Assembly: GCA_012295275.1 (NCBI GenBank)
Contig: CM022669.1
Coordinates: 1,116,001 to 1,180,000, forward strand
Source: Chrysomallon squamiferum
Taxonomy: Eukaryota > Animalia > Mollusca
Reading direction: 5' to 3'
Length of the DNA: 64,000 nucleotides
Part shown: positions 40,983-53,953 of the stretch, in pieces
Position numbering within the stretch: the first letter of the stretch is position 1
Layout: each line of letters opens with the position of its first letter
Position numbers and translations under genes: made by a program
The notes under the pieces: generated by a model
What the model was told of the DNA's origin: nothing
What the model saw: only the letters and a program-made list of their open reading frames with translations
Databases searched by the model: none

Positions 40983-42609
40983 ATTAAACTGTCTAAAATT
41001 CGTGTATCGCCAGAATAGAATCAGTCTTCCCACGCGGCCACTGTTTATTTCTGCGTAATGAAATTACGTGTCACGGTGGTTCTATTTTTAGTTCGGATGG
41101 TGCAGAACACAGAAATAATGTGGATTTGATTGGAATATGAACGATATTAACACTGCGTGATGAATTGTGGACATATTTCAGTACTACTGTTACCTTCAGC
41201 TACTCATATAAGTTACGTTATTGTGTCGACAGGAAGCAGACATGTAAATTCTTGTTTCGTGGTTCGGCGGTTTGTGTGCACACGAAACCAGACTACGTCA
41301 ACGAGGCGCCATCTTTGTTATGCGAGTGTACCACGTGACTTGTAGAACACGTCGCTGGACTGACTCAGAAAAAAGTGAAGGAAATCGACATTTCAAAACT
41401 GACTGGCGAGGAGAGGAAAAGAAAGAAAAAATAGAAAGAAAGAAAAATACAACTGTTTTTTATATATATATCAGTTTATTATCAGTTTATCCCGCCCTAC
41501 ATCTACATACGCACTTATAAAACGAAAACATTTAGCACTTTCAACAAATAGCAGATTCCACGAAAAAAAACAGAAATAATAATAATTTTTTTTTTTTTAA
41601 ATATAAAAATATATATACAAATAAAATAAAATAAAATAAAATTGTATAAAATAAATTACATAAATAAATAAAAACATAAATAACTAAATGAGTTTAGTAA
41701 TGCGCGATACACGGTTACACAAACACAGGAAAAACGTATTACTGAGGAAAAGCGATAGAGAGACAAATAAACAAACAGATAGATCGACTGATAGAGAGAT
41801 AGATAGAGAGACAGTCAGACAAACAGATAAATAGAGAGGTTGATAGATAGATATGTAAATAGAGAGACATACAGACAGAAAGATAGATTTATAGACACAA
41901 GCATATAAATAGACAGATAAACATAGACAGAAAGACAGACAGTCAGACAGTGAGACAGATATGTAGAAAGATCATATAGAGATACACTTTGCGCGTTACT
42001 GTGCTGTACATGCAAAATGATAACGACAAACACGACGACGACTGGAACAAGAGACGACTACGCGAGTAAAGCAGCGACGTGGAGAAAGCTGGGAACTTGT
42101 GGAGTTTCGTCTCAGACTAATTCAAGTACGGCAACCTTTGGCATACACACTCTCCAATACGGTGACATATTGAATTTACGAAAATGTACCTTTACGTGGG
42201 ACAAATCCCATTACCCGATCTAATCAGAGGGTTTTTATGGATTAATTTTGCCTTAAACGCAGTAATGTCTTTATTTGCGGCTGTAGACCTTTAGTAACCA
42301 ATGATCTCATTAAAATTTCCCACAATGCGTGGCATTTAACAGATTTCCGGTCCGGTGTTAAGCCCTCACCGGTGTTCAGAAAATAGACGTTGTGTAAAAA
42401 GTCACTGGGCCTGCCAAGACGTGAAGTGAAACGTGGCGCAGATCTCACGTTCTCGCAAAAACGTGAAAATGGCAGGAATTGTTTTTTACTTAAGTAGTAA
42501 ATGAAATTTAATTACTATTTAAAAAAAAATGTCCTACGGTGATAAGTGAAAACATTAAAACAAGACGCAAAGAAAAGAAACGCTGGTACAAAAATGAAAC
42601 ATTAACGAG

Positions 42610-45095
42610 CAAGAAAATGAAGATAGAAAGAGAAAAGGAAGATAAGAAAATCAAGATAGAAAGAAAAGAAGAAGAAGAAAAGGAAGAGAAAGATAAAATA
42701 AAGACAAGAAAATGAAGATAGAAAGAGAAAAGGAACAAAAGAAATTGAAGATAGAAAGAGAAAATAAAGACAAGAAAATGAAGATAGAAAGAGAAAAGGA
42801 ACAAAAGAAAATGAAGATAGAAAGAGAAAAGAAAGACAAGAAAGGAAGATAGAAAGAGAAAAGAAAAAACAAGAAAGTGAAGATAGAAAGAGAAAAGGAA
42901 CATAAGAAAATGAAGATAGAAAGAAAGACAAGAAAAACGAAGATAGAAAGAGAAAAGAAAGATAAGAAAAAGAAGATAGAAAGAAAGACAAGAAAATGAA
43001 GATAGAAAGAAAAAAGAAAGACAAGAAAAGAAAATGAAGATAGAAAGATAAAAGAAAGACAAGAAAAAATGAAGATAGAAAGAGAAAAGAAAGACAAGAA
43101 AATGAAGATAGAAAGAGAAAAGAAAGACAGGAAAATGAAGATAGAAAGAGAAATGGAAGATAAGAAAATGAAGATAGAAATAAAGAAAGAAAGACAAGAA
43201 AACGAGATAGAAAGAAAAAGAAAGATAAGAAAGTGAAGATAGAAAGAGAAAAGAAAGAGAGGAAAATGAAGATAGAAAGACAAAAGAAAAAGACAAGGAA
43301 GAAGAAGAGAAAGAGAAAAGAAAAAAAAGAAATGAAGATAGAAAGAGAAAAGAAAGAGAGGAAAATGAAGATAGAAAGAAAAAGGAAAGATAAGAAAATG
43401 AAGACAGAAAGAGAAAAAAGAAAGACAAGAAAGTGAAGATAGAAAGAGAAAAGGAACATAAGAAAATGAAGACAGAAAGAAAGACAAGAAAAACGAAGAT
43501 AGAAAGAGAAAAGAAAGATAAGAAAAAAAGAAAGATAGAAAGAGAAAAGAAAGACAGGAAAATGAAGATAGAAAGAAAAAAGGAAGATAAGAAAAAATGA
43601 CGAGTGAAAGAGAAAAGAAAGACAAGAAAACGAGGATAGAAAGAGAAAAGAAAGAAAAGAAAATGAAGATAGAAAGAGGAAAGAAAGACAAGACAGTGAA
43701 GATAGAAAGAGAAAAGGAAGATAAGAAACAAGAAAATGAAGATAGAAAGATAAAAGAAAGACAAGAAAAGGAAGATAGAAAGAGAAAAGGAACAAAAAGA
43801 AAATGAAGATAGAAAGAGAAAAGAAAGACAAGAAAGTGAAGATAGAAAGAGAAAAGAAAAACAAGAAAGTGAAGATAGAAAGAGAAAAGGAACATAAGAA
43901 AATGAAGATAGAAAGACCGAAGAAAGACAAGGAAGTGAAGATAGAAAGAGAAAAGAAAAACAAGAAAGTGAAGATAGAAAGAGAAATGAAAGAGAGGAAA
44001 ATGAAGATAGAAAGAAAAAAATGGAACATAAGAAAATGAAAGATAGAAAGAGAAAAGAAAGACAAGAAAGTGAAGATAGAAAGAGAAAAGGAACATAAGA
44101 AAAAAAGACAGAAAGAAAGAAAAAAGAAAGACAAGAAAACGAGATAGAAAGAGAAAAAAAGAGAAGAAAATGAAGATAGAAAGAGGAAAAAAAACAAGAA
44201 AGTGAAGATAGAAAGAGAAAAGGAAGATAAGAAAATGAAGATAGAAAGAGAAAAAAAGATAAGGAAACGAAGATAGAAAGAGAAAAGAAAGACAAGAAAA
44301 TGAAGATAGAAAGAGAAAAGAAAGACAGGAAAATGAAGATAGAAAGAGAAAAAAGATAAGAAAACGAAGATAGAAAGAGAAAAGGAAGATAAGAAAATGA
44401 AGATAGAAAGAGAAAAAGATAAGGAAAACGAAGATAGAAAGAGAAAAGAAAGAAAAGAAAACGAAGATAGAAAGAGAAAAGAAAGATAAGAAAACGAAGA
44501 TAGAAAGAGAAAAGGAAGATAAGAAAATGAAGATAGAAAAGAGAAAAAAAAAAAGAAGAAAAGAAAATGAAGATAGAAAGAGAAAAGGAAGACAAGAAAG
44601 TGAAGATAGAAAGAGAAAAGGAACATAAGAAAATGAAGATAGAAAGAGAAAAGGAACATAAGAAAACGAAGATAGAAAGAGAAAAGGAAGATAAGAAAAT
44701 GAAGATAGAAAGAGAAAAGGAAGATAAGAAAAACGAAGATAGAAAGAGAAAAGGAAGATAAGAAAAGGAAGATAGAAAGAGAAAAGGAAGATAAGAAAAT
44801 GAAGATAGAAAGAGAAAAGAAAAGAAGAAAGTGAAGATAGAAAGAGAAAAGGAAGGCAAGAAAGTGAAGATAGAAAGAGAAAAGGAAGACAAGAAAAAGA
44901 AGATAGAAAGAGAAAAGAAAGGCAAAAAAATGAAGATAGAAAGAGAAAGGGAAGATGAGTTTGTGAAAAGTGAAAGAGAAAAGAAAGGTAAAGATAGAAA
45001 GAAAAAAAGATGAAAACGTGAAAGCTGAAAAGAGAAAAGAAATGTAAAGATAGAAAGAAGAAAGATGAAAACGTGAAAGCTGAAAAAGAGAAGAA
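42610..45095. repeat. Purine-rich satellite of about 33-bp unit, about 2.5 kb
   Basis: GAAGATAGAAAGAGAAAAGGAAGATAAGAAAAT units; the + strand is almost entirely A/G. Source of the spurious 481-856 aa F/S/L ORFs. Confidence 0.95.
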
Positions 45096-45171
45096 TGACT
45101 AGGTAAAGTTAGAAAGAGAACATAAAAATATAACAGAGAGAGGATACAACATATACATATACAGAGACGCA

Positions 45172-45396
45172 TTTGTGTTTGTATGTTTATATGTGTGTGT
45201 GTATATGTATATGTGTGTTTATGTGTGTATTTATGTGTGTGTGTATTTATGTGTATATGTATGTATATGTGTGTGTCTATGTATTTATGTGTGTATATGT
45301 ATGTATGTGTGTATGTATTTATGTGTGTGTATGTATGTGTATTTGTGTGTTTGTGTGTGTGTTTGTATTTATGTGCGTGTATGTATGTGTATATAT
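45172..45396. repeat. (TG/TATG)n simple repeat
   Basis: TG-rich tract; similar tracts at about 38575-38950, 53870-54125 and 54890-55090. Confidence 0.9.
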
Positions 45397-47011
45397 AAAG
45401 AAGGAAGGATTAAGGTGTTCTGCCAGTATGTATAAATAAACTGAGTTCAGTCGCTGATTTATCTTGGGCGTACGGAACTGAAGTGGGGCTGATATAACGT
45501 CACAGGTATTATTAGACTGACGTCATAATGAAAATTATTATTTTATTTCTAGAACACGTCGGTGTTATTGGAAAGTAAACTTTTAATTCCTACTTGAATT
45601 CTTACTAGGACTGAAAGCAGTAAAGAGATGCAGAATGTTTGTTTTTGCTGACAAGGGGACTGACGGTGGAGGTTAGTTAAAGAACACTATCAGTTAACTG
45701 CGTCCCTGATTATTACTTTTCCTTTTTCTTCTTTGAAATTCATTCTTATATTGGCGGTAATGTGAAAATAATTGTTGTTTATTTTCTTTTTCCTCTTCTT
45801 CTTATTAAGACGAAGTGATATAAACACAAATGTAAGATTTACATCATGTAAGTGTCTGATAGTAATCTTCTTCTTCTTCTTCTTTTTCTTTTTTCTTCTT
45901 TTTCTTCTTATTATAATTAACATGAAGTGATATAAACACAAACATCATATTTAAACATGTAAGTGTCTGATCGTTCTTTTTCTTCTTCTTCTTTTTCTTT
46001 TTCTTCACATTATTATTAGTAACTCAAGATATAAAAAGAATGTCTTACAACTCAGGAAAACTGAAATAGGTTTTATCTGCAATTCAAATTTAATTTAACT
46101 TTAAAAAATCATCTGGTGTTGTGAGTTTACTGCTGAACAGGAGCGAGATAAAGAAGTGAAATGTGGTGAATCAAGAAGCAACATAAACACGCCAAGGACG
46201 GCGAGATCGAAGTGTTTTAGCTGCGGCGAATTATTGCGAGTCACGACTCGTTTTACACCCACGCGACAAGCTGATAAAATTAACGCCTTTAATCGCGGAA
46301 ATTGAATCAGTTGTTGGAGAAAGGCGTACGGAAAGTTGCGTCCTTACATGTTTCAGCTGACTGAGAAGCGCGGCTTTTGTGCTTTCCTTGCTTGTTATTG
46401 TATCGGTCACATTGCGACGGCTGCCCTTTGCCGAGAGTTGATGACGTTTGATGCAGTCACAGCGATCTCTCAGCTTCCAGCCAGGGCCGAGCGGAACCGC
46501 ACTCGGACGAGCGGAGAAAAATCTGAGTATTTGGTTCCGGCGTCGATTAACAAAAAGATTATTATTAACTTCTAATTGAAATAAAGTGAATAACATATTA
46601 AAATAAATTCATTCAGTCTTAATTTTGATGTTTTTCATGTTTGAACCAAAGCAACTAATAAAGATTTGTTTGTACATAAAAGGTGGGTTGAATTAGTGCT
46701 GCAGATTACTGGCTGTGTGAGCGGTTTTTAGGCGGGGGTCAGCAAGTATTGTGTTTCCTACAGCTAACTCGAAACACGCTGTTCCTGGCTTCAGCTTGTT
46801 TCTTCTACAGAAAATCACAATAATATTACTTCAGCTGAAATAAGAACCGATATTAGAATTGTTTATTCCAGTCAAACCGGTCCAAATTTTCAAATGCTTG
46901 TCACTAACTCGTTATAACGCTCAGTTCACTGACGTCACTTCATCTTATTACCTTATCATCACCACCATCTTATTGTTATTATTATTTTAATTTTTTATTA
47001 GAGAGGCAGAG

Positions 47012-47254
<243 letters not shown>

Positions 47255-47881
47255 TTATTTGGTTGGCAGAATGAGAAAACGTTTTTATAGCCTTGTTAAT
47301 TTGTATTCGATTAACCACACTAAGCCCAAGTTTGGCTCTAAATCTCGCGATGGACGATAAGCTGACACTTACTGCAGGATAAACGCGCAGCACAGACTGG
47401 TAATAGGCAATACACGCTCAATGGGATTGGAATTCACCGTCTGAAGATGTTTGTCGATGCCGGGGAACGAGAAGGGGTTCATGAGACTGCAAATCCGTCC
47501 AAATACCAAAACTAATCACAAATGTTAGAGGCTAAATTTGGCGGCTTGCCCACATGATGACTGGCAGGTGTAAACAGCGAAATGTCGTCTGCAGAATTTG
47601 TCACGCGCATGGACTCTGTAGGAAGAACGACACCTCTAAGTTGATCTGTGGTGTGAACGTCTTCATTTAATTTTTTAAACACAAACCATTTTACTCAATA
47701 TCATCATCACGCCATCACGTCATCAATATAATAAACATGAATACAATCAACTTTCTGTTTGTTCAAATGTATAAAATTACATTTGTAGTTGTACGCCTAT
47801 GAACTAACCGCAAATAAACTGTATTACACTGCCACCATCCTCTCTCTGATTCAATTATTTCTTCTTTCCATCATTTCTTTT

Positions 47882-47959
<78 letters not shown>

Positions 47960-48419
47960 AAAATAATGTAGCATATCCAAATATTATTTAACCTCTGACG
48001 TTTTTGTTTGGTTTTCTTTTTCTTCATCTTATTTTTTTATCCACAGATAAAACTGCGTCATTCTGTCATGGATACAGAGATAAACTAATTACACTCATGG
48101 TAGACAAAAGTGTTACTATTATGAAGTCAGAGTTTTAATTAAATCTGGATATGAATTCAAAATTTTCCGTGTGACTAATTCTAATTTTGTTTAATAACTG
48201 CAAAACATTTTAATATTAATGTTTTATTATATTTTAAAAATTTCTAGAATCTAATTAAATAAATAATATTAATAAATAACTTTGACGCTTTTCACTGACT
48301 CTGACACACAACTACCACGACGGTGTGACGAGAGCGTAAACATCGAGGTGGACAGCAACTCTTCTGGTACATACGACTACAGTAGCAGCGTGGTTTTTCT
48401 TGCTGAAACAACTACTTAC

Positions 48420-48520
48420 CGTTCTTCCTCCAGAATGGACTTGAGTTGCTCAATTCTCGTACTGTCTGCTTCAAACCCGAGTCGTCCATTTGTGAAACGT
48501 GGAATCATTACTAGCAGTAT
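48420..48520 (-). CDS. Neurotrophin-like gene, upstream exon (signal-peptide end plus pro-region)
   Basis: Strong acceptor (TTTA)nTTTCAG and perfect GTAAGT donor. Encodes ILLVMIPRFTNGRLGFEADSTRIEQLKSILEEE(R). It ends in phase 2, matching the terminal exon at 39345, and only this frame is open. Confidence 0.7.
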
Positions 48521-48526
48521 CTGAAA

Positions 48527-48577
<51 letters not shown>

Positions 48578-48719
48578 ACAAACAAACAAACAAACAAACA
48601 AACAAACAAACACAAAACAAATAACTAAACATGGTACTTTTACATTTTTTCTGTTTTAATATTTCTTTGTGAATTTTTTAGTTTTGAAAGAATGTACTTC
48701 AGGAGCTGCTTTATTTACG

Positions 48720-49645
48720 CATGTCACATAAACACACATACGTCTAGAACTGTTGTACTGAAATATATTACATAAACACACGTACTTCTAGAACTGTTGT
48801 ACTGAAATATGTGACATAAACACACATACGTCTAGAAAAATGTTATTGAAATGTGTTATAAACAGACGTACGTCTAGAAAAATGCCATTGAAATATGTTA
48901 CATAACACACATATGTCTAGAATTTTTTTTATTGAAATACGTTACATAAACACACATACGTCTAGAAATGTTTTATTGAAATATGTTACATAAACCCACA
49001 TACGTCTAGAACTGTTGTACTGAAATATGTTACATAAACACATATACGTCTAGAACTATGTTGTTGAAATATGTTACATAAACACACATACGTCTAGAAC
49101 AATGTTATTGAAATATGTTACATAAACACAGATAAAAGAACTGTTCTACTGAAATATGTTACATAACACACATATGTCTAGAATTTTTGTTATTGAAATA
49201 CGTTACATAAACACACATACGTCTAGAAATTTTTTATTGAAATATGTTACATAAACACACGTACTTCTAGAATTGTTGTACTGAAATATGTTACATAAAC
49301 ACATATACGTCTAGAGCTATGTTGTTGAACTGTTACTAAAAACAGATAAAAGAAATAAATATGTTACATAAAACACACGTACAAAACACAGATAAAAGAA
49401 CTGTTCTACTGAAATATGTTACATAAACACACGTACTTGTAGAACTGTTGTACTGAAATATGTTACATAACCACACGCACTTCTAGAACTGTTGTACTGA
49501 AATATGTTACATAAACACTCATATTTCTAGAACTCTTGTACTGAAATATGTTACATGAACACACGTACTTCTAGAACTCTTGTACTGAAATATGTTACAT
49601 AAACACACGTACTTCTAGAACTGTTGTACTGAAATATGTTACAAC
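48720..49645. repeat. 44-bp minisatellite, about 20 copies
   Basis: GAAATATGTTACATAAACACACGTACTTCTAGAACTGTTGTACT (period checked 49411 to 49455). Confidence 0.92.
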
Positions 49646-51689
49646 GTAAACATTCAAACATTTCAGTTATATACTCATTTCAGAAAAGGTTTCTAAAAAC
49701 GTGTTTCTTGAAGCAAACATGTCTACCATTGTCCTGATTACTACTTTACTACCACCGCCTGTAAACTAGCAACACTGTACTTCTACTATTACTGCTACTA
49801 TTACTACTTCTGCTATTACTGCTGCTACTATTACTATTTCTATCAATATGTAAAAATAACACTATTGAAGTTAGGTATTGTCGATAAAGTCTATGATTAT
49901 TGAGTCAATAAAGGGAGGTAATCCAGTATATTATTAATTTGATCTAACAGCAGTAAACTGAAAGGCAAGCGTAATTGTGTCCTTGTAATTAATATCCTTG
50001 CATCATAATTAATATTTGATATATTAATGTGCTGTTTGTTGATACTGACAACCTTTCACCTGTACATAATATTGTAATAAACGAATGTAATTAATACTGC
50101 TTTAACACGACAGTCAGAGTAGTCGTGTCTACTTTACAGTAATACTTCTTTTCATATAAACATTATATTTCTTTAACGAGAATTATTTTCGGTTGTACGC
50201 AGATACACAGGAATGGTTGACTTAATTCATCGGGTAAAGCTATGATATCATTATCACCACAATAATGACGCAATGGTCTAGAGTTCGACACGTCCAAGGC
50301 TATTTACGTTCGTTTGATGTTCATTTTAAATTATGTTTAAAATCTATTACATTTGCTAACTACAGCGTTACTGTTCCTTCATACTACATAACCATTATTA
50401 TTATTATTATTATACTACTTTTAATAAAACTTATACTAGTGTTACAACTTCTACTTCATCTACTGTAACCGCTGATACTACTATTCCTACTCCTGGTACA
50501 ACAACAACAGCTACTATTATTTCTACTACTATTACTCACACTACTACAACTATAACTACTGTCATTACTATACTGTGACTTCCACTATTATTACTAATCC
50601 ACTACCGCTCTAAAATTACTATTATTACTGCTGTTACTGCGACTACTATTACTACTGCTGTCACTATTACAACTACTGACTGTAACTACAGCTGCTACTA
50701 CTTAAACTATTACGATAAAGAAAAAGAATGAAATGACATATATTCAGCCTACTAAAAGAAAAACACTCCCCAACAAAAACAACAAACAACCACAAAAAAA
50801 TTATAAAAATAAAAATAATAAAATAAAAAATTAAGTAAGTAAATAAATAAATAAATAAATAAAATAAAAAATTAAGTAAGTAAATAAATAAATAAATAAA
50901 TAAAATAAAAAAGGTAAAGGAATCCAATTAAGAATTAAAGAAAATACAAAATCTAAGTTTAGAGTATGCTATGAACACGTGTTTACAGCGTTAGACTATG
51001 CTATGAACACGTGTTTACAGCGTTAGCTAAGCGAATTACACAACGACGTATGCACATGATATGTGGTGTGGTTGCTGTCAAAGGAAACACGACAAATCAA
51101 AGCACCATTTCCCTCATCTCAAAACTTAATTTCCTAAACATCACCATTAAATATTTTCTTGTCTCTTTACGTTAAAAAAGAGAAGTGTTTGTAATTTTGT
51201 GTTCGGTACAGTCACACCAAATAATACACTGACATTTAATCTTCATTCCCTCATCTCATTTCATATTTTATATTTTTCATTTTTTTTTTTTCATTTTCCT
51301 TTTCTTTTGTTATCATATCTTTAAATCCTTTAAATATCTTGTATAAAACACTTCTTGTTTTTTTTTTTTTTTTTTTTTTTTTCTCTTATTTCTTTAACTG
51401 TTTTGTTTGTTTCTACTTTTTTTCTAAAATTAATTTGATAAATGTTTACCATGAATAACTTTATCTTTAAATATGTATAAATATATCATGTACAGAATGA
51501 CTCGAAATATTAACAACGACGACAGCGTCTGCAACAGCAGCAACTGCAACTGTAATGATAATAATGTTACAACAATTATTATTACAATTATCACTATGCC
51601 CAGCACTCTGTGAGTCACTTGTTACTGTCACTACAGCTGTTATCATCAACCATGCTGATACTAGTTCTACTACTACTACTACTACTATC

Positions 51690-51732
<43 letters not shown>

Positions 51733-52229
51733 ACTGAAGTATTTAGCTTTTTATTTTAATATATTTTCTAACATGTATTATTATTAATTTAAACGGTGTG
51801 TTTTGTACGTACTGTTATATAATACCTTTGTCTAATGTTAGAAAACATCAGTATTACACTATGAGAACATTAATAAAGATTAATATTAAATTGTTTGAAT
51901 ATTAGTAAAAATAAAAATTACATTGTTATAATATTAGTAAAACATTAAATTACATTGTTATAATATTAGTAAAAAAATAAAAATTACAATGCGTTTTACG
52001 TCACGACATTCACTCAGACAATATAAAGACGTATTAGCCGTAGTGACTAAAAAAAACCTTCAGTTAATAATAATATATATATTTTTTTTAAATTAAAAAT
52101 TACATTAAGTAGATGAAAACTAGAATGTCAGGGGACAAGACAATATCGTATGATGGAATGAAAGTGTGAATGAATAAATGAATTAATAATGAATGAATGC
52201 AGTTTTTCAAAAAAAAAGATGACACATAC

Positions 52230-53500
52230 CATGATTCATAATATACATCTCTATATATACATGAATACGTAATATACATCTCTGTATATACATGAATACG
52301 TAATATACATTACTGTAGATACGTGATTTGTAATATACATCTCTGTATATACGTGAATACGTAATATACATCTGTATATATATGAATACGTAATATACAT
52401 CTCTGTATATACATGAATACGTAATATACATTTCTGTATATACATGAATACATAATATACGTCTGTAGATACGTGAATACGTATATATACATGTCTGTAG
52501 ATAAGTGATTTGTAATATACATCTCTGTAGATACGTGATTTGTAATATACATCTCTGTAGATACGTGAATACGTAATATACATATCTGTATATACGTGAT
52601 TTGTAATATACATATCTGTATATTCGTGATTTGTAATATACATCTCTGTAGATACGTGATTTGTAATATACATCTCTGTAGATACGTGAATACGTAATAT
52701 ACATATCTGTATATTCGTGATTTGTAATATACATCTCTGTATATACGTGATTTGTAATATACATCTCTGTAGATACGTGAATACGTAATATACATCTCTG
52801 TAGATACGTGATTTGTAATATACATCTCTGTAGATATGTGATTTGTAATATACATCTCTGTATATTCGTGATTTGTAATATACATCTCTGTAGATACGTG
52901 ATTTGTAATATACATCTCTGTAGATACGTGAATACGTAATATACATATCTGTATATTCGTGATTTGTAATATACATCTCTGTATATACGTGATTTGTAAT
53001 ATACATCTCTGTAGATACGTGAATACGTAATATACATCTCTGTAGATACGTGATTTGTTATATACATCTCTGTAGATACGTGATTTGTAATATACATCTC
53101 TGTATATTCGTGATTTGTAATATACATATCTGTATATACGTGATTTGTAATATACATCTCTGTAGATACGTGATTTGTAATATACATCTCTGTATATACG
53201 TGAATACGTAATATACATATCTGTATATTCGTGATTTCTAATATACATGTCTGTAGATACGTGATTTGTAATATACATCTCTGTATATACGTGATACAAT
53301 ACATCTCTGTATATACGTGATACGTTCAATACATCTCTGTATAAACGTGATACGTACAATACATCTCTGTATATACGTGATACATTCAATACATCTCTGT
53401 ATGAACGTGATACAATACATCTCTGTATATACGTGATACGTTCAATACATCTCTGTATATACATATGATACGTTCAATACATCTCTGTATATACGTGGTA
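52230..53500. repeat. 30/31-bp minisatellite, about 40 copies
   Basis: TGTAATATACATCTCTGTAGATACGTGATT and variants; source of three spurious long minus-strand ORFs. Confidence 0.95.
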
Positions 53501-53920
53501 TTTATAGAGACTCTGACTGCGAGCAGCAGGTTTTCAGTTTGAAGAAATCCGCTCGTACCGCGGTGAATCCATTCACAGATTACTCGTTCGTTTCGTAAAC
53601 AGAAAACTAACTCGCGTGACTAAAACCAAATTACACAATCTCATCGCGGATTAGTCTATTTTTGTGACAACACTTTTTTCTCTCCGTGATATTTTGAGTT
53701 AAGTGAGAATACTACACAAACAAACCACCCCCGTTCAGTTATGTCACACTACATTTACCTACAGAAATGTGTTTTAAATACACCAATGTCTCATTGTCTG
53801 ACTTTCCGCCTGTCTGACAGCCTGTATGTAACTTCGTCTTTCTACATATCTGCTGTATGTCTCGCTATATGCGTGTGTGAGTTGTATGTGTGGATGTGTG
53901 TGTGTATGTGTACATGTGTA

Positions 53921-53953
<33 letters not shown>

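Noticed and set aside
42508-45172. 805-, 856- and 481-aa F/S/L-rich minus-strand ORFs and KIEREK plus-strand ORFs
   Set aside because: All three frames are open because the pyrimidine strand rarely forms stop codons. Unit indels shift frames freely, which indicates no coding constraint.
46231-46596. Overlapping 121-aa (-) and 79-aa (+) ORFs in the neurotrophin intron
   Set aside because: No domain similarity, and I found no splice-site pair giving the required phase 2/2. Treated as a non-coding island.
52207-53464. 251-384 aa ORFs with MYITNHVSTE repeats
   Set aside because: Translations of the 30/31-bp minisatellite with constant frame switching.
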